From contig NZ_URFY01000005.1 of the NCBI RefSeq assembly GCF_900547205.1, forward strand, positions 58,459 through 122,458: DNA of 64,000 nt. Reading direction: 5' to 3'. The notes under the pieces are model-generated. The model did not search any database. It had not been told where the DNA came from and saw nothing but the letters and a program-made list of their open reading frames with translations. The position numbers were made by a program, and so were the translations under genes. This document shows positions 57,868 to 64,000 of the stretch, one piece after another; within the stretch, counting starts at the first letter, position 1; each line of letters begins with the position of its first letter. Source of the DNA: an uncultured Bacteroides sp. GTDB lineage: Bacteria > Bacteroidota > Bacteroidia > Bacteroidales > Bacteroidaceae.

Positions 57868-60800
57868 TTAAAATGTAATATTAAGACCCAAACTATAAGA
57901 AGTCACATTAGGATAAGAATAGGTATTCGTATCAGTTTCCGGATCAAGTCCCGTCCAGTTAGTGATAACAAAGGGGTTATCCACGTTGGCATATACTCTA
58001 AGGTTTGAAATCCATTTTTTGTTGACTGGCACATTATATCCCAATGTCATGTGCCCGCATCGTATATAATATATTGACTTCAGATAAAAATCGCCGATAG
58101 TGCCATTGCTATTCTTCAGAATGCTTGGATTATTGGAAGTCGGATTCTCGCTGCTGAACGACTTATAAACATAAGTCGAAAGATTCTGGCTGTTTTCATT
58201 CGTATCAATCCAATTCTCGTAGTAGCTAGCACCTCTCTTGCGCCCGGCTTCTCCATAGAAATAGATATTGAAATCAAAATGCTTATATCTCAGAGAGTTG
58301 TTGAATCCATAAATAATTTTAGGATCGCCATTATCCATAAAGTATTTATCATCATTATTAATGACACCATTATGGTCTTTATCTTCCAAAATTACCTGTC
58401 CCGGCAAAAGGTCTGGTTGCGCTGTAGGTGCTTTTTCACCTGGCTTCAAGATACCTAATGCCCTATAATCCCACCATGCACGAATCGGATCGTTTTCTTT
58501 TTCATAAGAAGCAGGTTTCCATGTGTCGGCACGTTCCAGCCAACGGTCATTATATTTGGATAAGGTCAATGTTGTGTTCCATTCAAAATTCCGTGTGGAA
58601 ATATTCACCGTATTCAGTGTCAGTTCAAATCCCTGACTTTGAGTAGACCCGGCATTGTCGGCAATAGAAGTTACCTCATTATAAAACAAAAGTGGCTTTG
58701 TCACAAGCATATCCGTTATGCGACGTTTGAAATATTCAGCAGTCAGACGGATGCGGTCATTCAAAAAGCCCAAGTCAATACCAATATTAAATTCGGTGGT
58801 TGTCTCCCAAGTTAAGTTTGGGTTGCCCAATTCCGAAGCATATACTCCATTCATCAAACTACCGCCGAATAGGTAGTTGTGGTTCTTATCTCCCGTATTA
58901 TAAAATGTATTGATACGGTTACCTATACTAGAGTTACCGGTTTGCCCGAAAGAAGCACGCAGTTTCAAATTAGATAACCAATTACGGGTGGAACTCATGA
59001 ATTTTTCTTCCGTTACAACCCAACCTGCAGATACCGACGGGAAGAATCCCCAACGATTTTCTTTTGCGAAATTGGCTGCGCCATCGGCACGTACGGTAGC
59101 TTCAAGCAAGTATTTGTTCTGGAACTGATAGTTGATACGTGCAAAGTAAGAACCGAGACTGTTTTTGGACGCGCCCGATCCAACTGTAGGTTTAGCCCAA
59201 TTTCCGGCAGCCAGATTATGATACAAGAATGAATCAATCAAAAAGTCGGAATTTCCTGCATTTACGCTCTCCGCATTAAACTGTTGGTAAGAATAACCCA
59301 CCAATGCTTTTAAAGAATGTTCCTTAAAATTAGCATTATAAGTAGCAGTCAAATCCATCAAATAGTCGGTAGCATCTTCATAACTGACATTGGCTATACC
59401 GTTCTGTTCAGCACCACTCAATGTTGTTTTCGGCAAATAGTTGCGTCTTTTTTGAATACGCCTGTCTGCCCCTAACATTCCTTTTAGTTCAAGTCCCTTA
59501 ATTGGCTTAATGATGACAAAAGCCTGCCCCATCAAGCGGTCTTTAACGGTATTATCTGTAATGTCGAGCAGAGATACTGGATTGGGAAACGTAGAGCGAC
59601 CCGGGTCAATGGTATATTCTCCGTTTTCATCATAGATAGGAAGCGTAGGATTAAAACGGATAGCCGAAGTCAAGATACCGGCATTCTCATTGTCACCATC
59701 GCCAAGAGGTACGTTATCATAACGGTTTTGTGAATAAGAAGCCGTCAGACCAACGCTTACATATTTATTAATTACCTGATCTAAATTCAAACGGGCAGAG
59801 AAACGGGTTGTACCATTATTTTTCACTACACCTTTCTGATCCATATAATTGATTGAAGCCATATACTTGGTTGTCTCACCACCACCATTGATAGATACAT
59901 TGTGCTGTTGCATATATCCTGTACGCGTTACTTCATCCAACCAATCGGTACCTGCCGCATTTCTAATCTGTTCATCGGAATACTTGGGAGTAAACGGAGT
60001 AGGTTCATTATCATTATGGATATATCCTTCATAAATGCCCATCCCATAAGTACGCAACCACCTTTCCTTGAGTTGCATATTTTGAACTTCCATATATTCT
60101 TTGGCACTCAACATATCGTAGTCGGCACGAATATTCTGAAATGATCCGGAAGCAGAATAAGTAACTTTTGGTTTACCGGACTTTCCACGCTTTGTGGTAA
60201 TCAATATAACACCATGTCCTGCACGTGCACCGTAAATAGCTGTAGAGGCTGCATCCTTTAAGACAGAGATAGATTCAATATCGTCCGGATTTAATGATTC
60301 AAGAACATTATCTGTGTCTCCGGCATTATAAACATTGCCTGAGCCCAAACTTGAACTAGAACTCACAGGAAAGCCATCAATTACAATTAATGGTTCATTA
60401 CCAGCCCCAACAGAAGCTTCTCCACGAATTCTAAATTTAGCGGCACCTCCCGGCTGTGCTGACTGTATATTCGCCCTCAAACCTGCCACCTTACCTCCCA
60501 TCGTATGAGATACTGACGTAACAGTAGATGTTTCTATATCTTCCATATTCATCGTACCAACGGCACCGGTCAAAGACTTCTTGGTTTGTGTACCATATCC
60601 TACAACTACCACTTCATCCAACTGTTTACTATCTTCCTGTAAGATTATTCGTATATCTTTCCCTATTTGCACAGCTAAGATTTGTGTTCGATAGCCAATA
60701 TAAGAAACTTCCAACTGCGTTTTTGCCGAAGAAACCGAAAGTTTGAAACGACCGTCAATGTCGGTAATTGTCCCGCTTCCCTGAACACCTTTCTCCAATA

Positions 60801-61185
60801 CGCTGGCTCCGATAACCGGCTCGCCTTGAGCATCCGTCACCGTGCCCGATACGGTTACTTTCTTTTCCTGCTGCGGTGACTGTTTTTCAACAGAGAGCAC
60901 AATCTTCTTATCAAGCACCGAATACTTCACGTTCGTACCCGCAAAGATTTCTTCCAATACACTGAATATATTGCTTTTATCAGCAGAAACGGAGACACGA
61001 CGATTCAAATCTACGTGCTTGTTGTTGAAGAAAAAGTCAAAGTCAGACTGTTCCTCTATTTCTTTCAGAACGTCTTCTACTCGCTGATTATGAGCATCAA
61101 TGCTAATCATAGCTTTCTGAGCGTAACTATCGGCTGCATAGGTCAGTCCGATAGAACATACTAAGAATAAAACCAATAGTCTCAT
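57868..61185 (-). CDS. SusC/RagA family TonB-dependent transducer (N-terminal STN signalling domain, carboxypeptidase-like domain, plug, barrel)
   Basis: STN-domain motif (EDVLKEIEEQSDFDFFF), carboxypeptidase-regulatory region (VSGTVTDAQGEPVIGASV), TonB box/plug, and a C-terminal terminal aromatic (ending LNITF). Likely start MRLLVLFLVCS at 61185. Confidence 0.9.
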   Translation of the reverse strand: MRLLVLFLVCSIGLTYAADSYAQKAMISIDAHNQRVEDVLKEIEEQSDFDFFFNNKHVDLNRRVSVSADKSNIFSVLEEIFAGTNVKYSVLDKKIVLSVEKQSPQQEKKVTVSGTVTDAQGEPVIGASVLEKGVQGSGTITDIDGRFKLSVSSAKTQLEVSYIGYRTQILAVQIGKDIRIILQEDSKQLDEVVVVGYGTQTKKSLTGAVGTMNMEDIETSTVTSVSHTMGGKVAGLRANIQSAQPGGAAKFRIRGEASVGAGNEPLIVIDGFPVSSSSSLGSGNVYNAGDTDNVLESLNPDDIESISVLKDAASTAIYGARAGHGVILITTKRGKSGKPKVTYSASGSFQNIRADYDMLSAKEYMEVQNMQLKERWLRTYGMGIYEGYIHNDNEPTPFTPKYSDEQIRNAAGTDWLDEVTRTGYMQQHNVSINGGGETTKYMASINYMDQKGVVKNNGTTRFSARLNLDQVINKYVSVGLTASYSQNRYDNVPLGDGDNENAGILTSAIRFNPTLPIYDENGEYTIDPGRSTFPNPVSLLDITDNTVKDRLMGQAFVIIKPIKGLELKGMLGADRRIQKRRNYLPKTTLSGAEQNGIANVSYEDATDYLMDLTATYNANFKEHSLKALVGYSYQQFNAESVNAGNSDFLIDSFLYHNLAAGNWAKPTVGSGASKNSLGSYFARINYQFQNKYLLEATVRADGAANFAKENRWGFFPSVSAGWVVTEEKFMSSTRNWLSNLKLRASFGQTGNSSIGNRINTFYNTGDKNHNYLFGGSLMNGVYASELGNPNLTWETTTEFNIGIDLGFLNDRIRLTAEYFKRRITDMLVTKPLLFYNEVTSIADNAGSTQSQGFELTLNTVNISTRNFEWNTTLTLSKYNDRWLERADTWKPASYEKENDPIRAWWDYRALGILKPGEKAPTAQPDLLPGQVILEDKDHNGVINNDDKYFMDNGDPKIIYGFNNSLRYKHFDFNIYFYGEAGRKRGASYYENWIDTNENSQNLSTYVYKSFSSENPTSNNPSILKNSNGTIGDFYLKSIYYIRCGHMTLGYNVPVNKKWISNLRVYANVDNPFVITNWTGLDPETDTNTYSYPNVTSYSLGLNITF

Positions 61186-61435
61186 AGATAATGGGATTTT
61201 TTTCGAGGTTAGCCAAAGCGACTTTACCACCCACAATACTTGGATGCTAAAATAATTTTGCATAAATTTGTAATGACTTAAAGTTAATAAAAAGTTTATC
61301 TATTGCTTGTCGCCAAACAAGCATTAAAAAGATTTACCAATTTCCATACGGGAAGATACTCCAATATCAACCCGTATGTTTTTTGTTTAAGGGGACCTGT
61401 CTTTCATGTAATTACTATTTTTAAGGTTTCTACTA

Positions 61436-62458
61436 TCAATATATTTCTATCTTACTCTTTTCATCTTTTATATCCGTAGAATCAAGATAGCGCCAACGAA
61501 TCTGGGAGGAAAGCTGGAAATATTCCAATATACGTTCCAGCCGCTGATTGGTAAATGTACCCGTAAATGAATCTTCTTTCAGGCGGTTGTTGTTAATCAC
61601 AAATTCTACGTTATATCGTTTCTCCAGCATCCGTAAGCCTTCTTCCAGAGGAGTATTCTTGAATATAATCTTCCCTTCTTTCCAAGCTGTTTCCGATTCG
61701 CCCGTAGTGGCATAGAGTTGTACTTTACTGTCTTTTGAGTCATAGACAAGTTTCTGCCCCGGCTCCATCAATACCTTCTTAGACACATCGCCTTGCTTGA
61801 AGATAAAACCAATCTTGCCTTCTACCAATGTTGCCGAAATCCGTTCTTCTTTTTCATAAGCTTCTACATTAAAGTGCGTGCCCAGCACTTCTATCTGCGA
61901 CTGATGAGAAGTGGAAACTATGAACTTCTTCTCCGGATTCTTGGCAACTTCAAAATAAGCTTCGCCCTGCAGGGTGACATTTCTAGTTTCTCCATCGAAC
62001 TGCGAAGGATAGCTTAGTGTGGATTCTGAATTAAGAAAAACAACTGTTCCGTCGGGCAATGTCAGCGAAGTCATCATGCCGGGATTCGTTTTCACTTCCA
62101 TCATCTGTGCCAGTTCATGTTCATCTGCTCCAAAATTCTGAATGAACAGCGTGACGAGAAGCGGAATGAACAGAACGGCTGCCGCACGTTGTGCCCATTG
62201 CCACCACATCGCTCGCTTGTTTTTGTTACCTGACATTCTGCTTTTTACCTTCAATAGTGCTTTTTCCGTGTCTACTTTCTTCATCACTTGAATGGTATCC
62301 GCAGAGAGATACAGCGTATGAATCTGTTTAGCTATACGCCTGTTTTCTTCCGACTCATCCATCCATGTTTCCACTTGCCGACGTTCTTCATCTGTCGCCA
62401 GCCCTTCACAATAACGTGGAAGTAATTCTTCTATCTTATTTTTATCCGGTGTGTACAT
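61436..62458 (-). CDS. FecR-family anti-sigma factor
   Basis: N-terminal cytoplasmic domain, a single TM segment (AAVLFIPLLVTLFIQ), and a periplasmic FecR domain. It sits upstream of the SusC transducer. Confidence 0.85.
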   Translation of the reverse strand: MYTPDKNKIEELLPRYCEGLATDEERRQVETWMDESEENRRIAKQIHTLYLSADTIQVMKKVDTEKALLKVKSRMSGNKNKRAMWWQWAQRAAAVLFIPLLVTLFIQNFGADEHELAQMMEVKTNPGMMTSLTLPDGTVVFLNSESTLSYPSQFDGETRNVTLQGEAYFEVAKNPEKKFIVSTSHQSQIEVLGTHFNVEAYEKEERISATLVEGKIGFIFKQGDVSKKVLMEPGQKLVYDSKDSKVQLYATTGESETAWKEGKIIFKNTPLEEGLRMLEKRYNVEFVINNNRLKEDSFTGTFTNQRLERILEYFQLSSQIRWRYLDSTDIKDEKSKIEIY

Positions 62459-62593
62459 ATGCTATTTTTATTGCCTTTTACTATAAGACAGGAGAGATGG
62501 AACAGATTCCTAAACGAAAAGCCATTTTTTCTTAGAAAATCTTTCTTTTATCATAAAAAAGCTATATTTGCAGTGAATTATCAATCCTGATAC

Positions 62594-63169
62594 ATGAAAG
62601 ATATCCACTTGCAAACAAACGAACCTCTACTACCTGCTATCCAACGGGGCGATCAAAGAGCATTCGATACGCTGTTTCGGAGATATTATCCGACCCTGTG
62701 TGCGTATGGACATCGATTTGTAGACTTGGAAGATGCGGAGGAGATTGTGCAGGATTCTCTTCTTTGGATTTGGGAAAACCGGGAAAGCTTGATTATCGAG
62801 GCATCTTTAAGTTCTTATCTCTTCAAAATGATTTATCGAAAGGCTATAAACAAGATGGAACACAATGATGCTACCCAACGTGCCGACACACGATTCTACG
62901 AAGAAATGCAGGAGATGCTGCAAGATACTGACTTTTATCTGGTAGAAGAATTGATTCGACGAATCAAAGAAGCTGTTGCAACATTGCCCGATAGCTATCG
63001 GGAGGCTTTTGTGATGCATCGGTTCCGCAACATGAGTTATAAAGAAATAGCAGAAACACTGGGCGTATCTCCCAAAACGGTAGATTATCGCATTCAGCAA
63101 GCACTAAAGCAACTGCGCACGGATTTGAAAGATTATCTGCCATTACTGATGCCTTTTCTACTTCCCTAA
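62594..63169 (+). CDS. ECF-type RNA polymerase sigma-70 factor
   Basis: Region 2 (YYPTLCAYGHRFV...AEEIVQDSLLWIW) and region 4 HTH (SYKEIAETLGVSPKTVDYRIQQALKQLR). It is divergent from the FecR-SusC-SusD locus. Confidence 0.9.
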   Translation: MKDIHLQTNEPLLPAIQRGDQRAFDTLFRRYYPTLCAYGHRFVDLEDAEEIVQDSLLWIWENRESLIIEASLSSYLFKMIYRKAINKMEHNDATQRADTRFYEEMQEMLQDTDFYLVEELIRRIKEAVATLPDSYREAFVMHRFRNMSYKEIAETLGVSPKTVDYRIQQALKQLRTDLKDYLPLLMPFLLP

Positions 63170-63312
63170 TACACCTTGGATATAGTAACAGCCTAGCTAT
63201 CAAATTGTTTACGAATATCTTTCGCCCAAAGTGCCAATAGATAACTTTCGTTGAATCGAAGCTAAACTTACTTTTCTCTATGGATAAAGTATCTCTTGGC
63301 TTGAAGAAAACT

Positions 63313-63354
63313 ATAACTGCAAGTTTCGGTTATGTAGCCAAAACTTGCGGTTAA
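63313..63354. repeat. Two palindromic motifs ATAACTG-CAAGTTT-CGGTTAT and AAACTTGCGGTTAA; same motif family as the array at 21719-21806
   Basis: Read directly. They lie in the intergenic region between the ECF sigma gene and the histidine kinase 3' end. Confidence 0.7.
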
Positions 63355-63474
63355 GGTTTACCAATAGGTATACAGAAGTTTACATAAGGAGAAAAGAAGT
63401 TTATCCTCAATGCAATGGAATGAATCTTTTAATGAATCTTTCTTATACAGATACACCGTTTTACCAGCAAACGC

Positions 63475-64000
63475 CTATTCTTTTCGATAAGGCAGTGTAA
63501 ACCAGAACGTAGCTCCTTTTCCTTCTTTCGAATCAACGCCTATTTCCCCTTCTAACCGTTCAACAATCATGCGACAAATAGAGAGTCCCAGACCAGTGCC
63601 CTGAATAAACGGATTATACTTCACGAATCTTTCGAACACGTGTTCACATTGCTCTTTTGACATTCCACGGCCTGTATCAGACACGAAGAAGTAGATAGTA
63701 TCAGTATCTATAAAGTGATAACCCATACTAATGGTGCCGGATTCGGTAAATTTAATCGCATTGGTTGCAAAATTAGAGAGTAATTGTATCAGGCGGTTCT
63801 TATCAATATACAAGACACATTCCGGCAAGCGTTCGGTAAATGCAAAGGTGACGGCATCGTTTTTCAGGCGCAGTTGCATACTCTGTTCTATTTCCTCCAA
63901 CGTCTGATTTACATCAATCAACGTTGGGCAAAAGTCGAATGTACCTGCTTCAATCTTCGACATATCCAGAATATCGTTGATTAGTTGAAGAAGCAGGTCC
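63475..64000 (-). CDS. Sensor histidine kinase, C-terminal HATPase_c part (gene continues beyond window end)
   Basis: HATPase_c N, G1 and G2 boxes (LSNFATNAIKF, DTGRGM, GTGLGLSICRMIVE). The stop is at 63475 and the frame stays open to the window edge. Confidence 0.8.
   Translation of the reverse strand, partial: DLLLQLINDILDMSKIEAGTFDFCPTLIDVNQTLEEIEQSMQLRLKNDAVTFAFTERLPECVLYIDKNRLIQLLSNFATNAIKFTESGTISMGYHFIDTDTIYFFVSDTGRGMSKEQCEHVFERFVKYNPFIQGTGLGLSICRMIVERLEGEIGVDSKEGKGATFWFTLPYRKE

Noticed and set aside
1-64000. tRNA, rRNA, transposase or integrase genes
   Set aside because: No tRNA-like GGTTCGAATCC T-arm motifs were seen, and there is no rRNA-like segment. No ORF shows DDE transposase or tyrosine-recombinase motifs. 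The island appears to lack its own mobility genes.

Overview
This 64 kb window is a Bacteroides chromosome segment, judged from AT-rich Bacteroides-type -7 boxes (TAnnTTTG), SusC/SusD genes and a B. thetaiotaomicron-like gene order and protein set. Most of it is conserved core or glycan-utilisation DNA.

Coding content, in order:
- An AraC-controlled MFS / DUF5107-TPR / GH2 operon at 1-8056.
- A convergent GH84 (O-GlcNAcase-like) and GH20 hexosaminidase pair at 8346-12397.
- A housekeeping block at 12590-18082: B3/4 protein, pgeF, obg, adk, hpt and a POT peptide transporter.
- nnr, a DUF4831 protein, a PqqD-family protein with an MFS transporter, and secG at 23702-29170.
- A long minus-strand run of envelope and housekeeping genes at 29177-42792: lptE-like, a sigma-54 activator, pdxA, rlmN, ppiD, a CorC/GldE-like protein, lptC-like and coaX.
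- A DUF4105 protein, an alkaline-phosphatase-family protein and secA at 43310-49500.
- A host-glycan polysaccharide utilisation locus at 51385-63169: GH89, GH35, SusD, SusC transducer, FecR anti-sigma and a divergent ECF sigma factor.
- A partial histidine kinase at the window end.

The part that stands out is a low-GC accessory island at about 18.1-23.7 kb. It carries an uncharacterised three-gene unit: a small Cys-rich NVEALA-like secreted protein, a beta-propeller-like lipoprotein and a CxxC thioredoxin-like lipoprotein. The island also holds three perfect 18-bp iteron-like direct repeats, an AAA-ATPase gene remnant with a small winged-helix protein, a tandem palindrome array, and an orphan secreted-protein gene bracketed by a duplicated ~70-bp promoter segment.

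Several other noncoding repeat structures are reported. These are a 22-bp tandem palindrome array at 8.15-8.31 kb, nested inverted-repeat elements sharing a GACGCGGATAAC core at 12.5 and 35.1 kb, and a GC-rich structured spacer at 42.9-43.1 kb.

No tRNA, rRNA or CRISPR array was recognised. All family assignments come from motif recognition and memory, not from database searches. Hand-indexed coordinates may be off by 1-2 nt.
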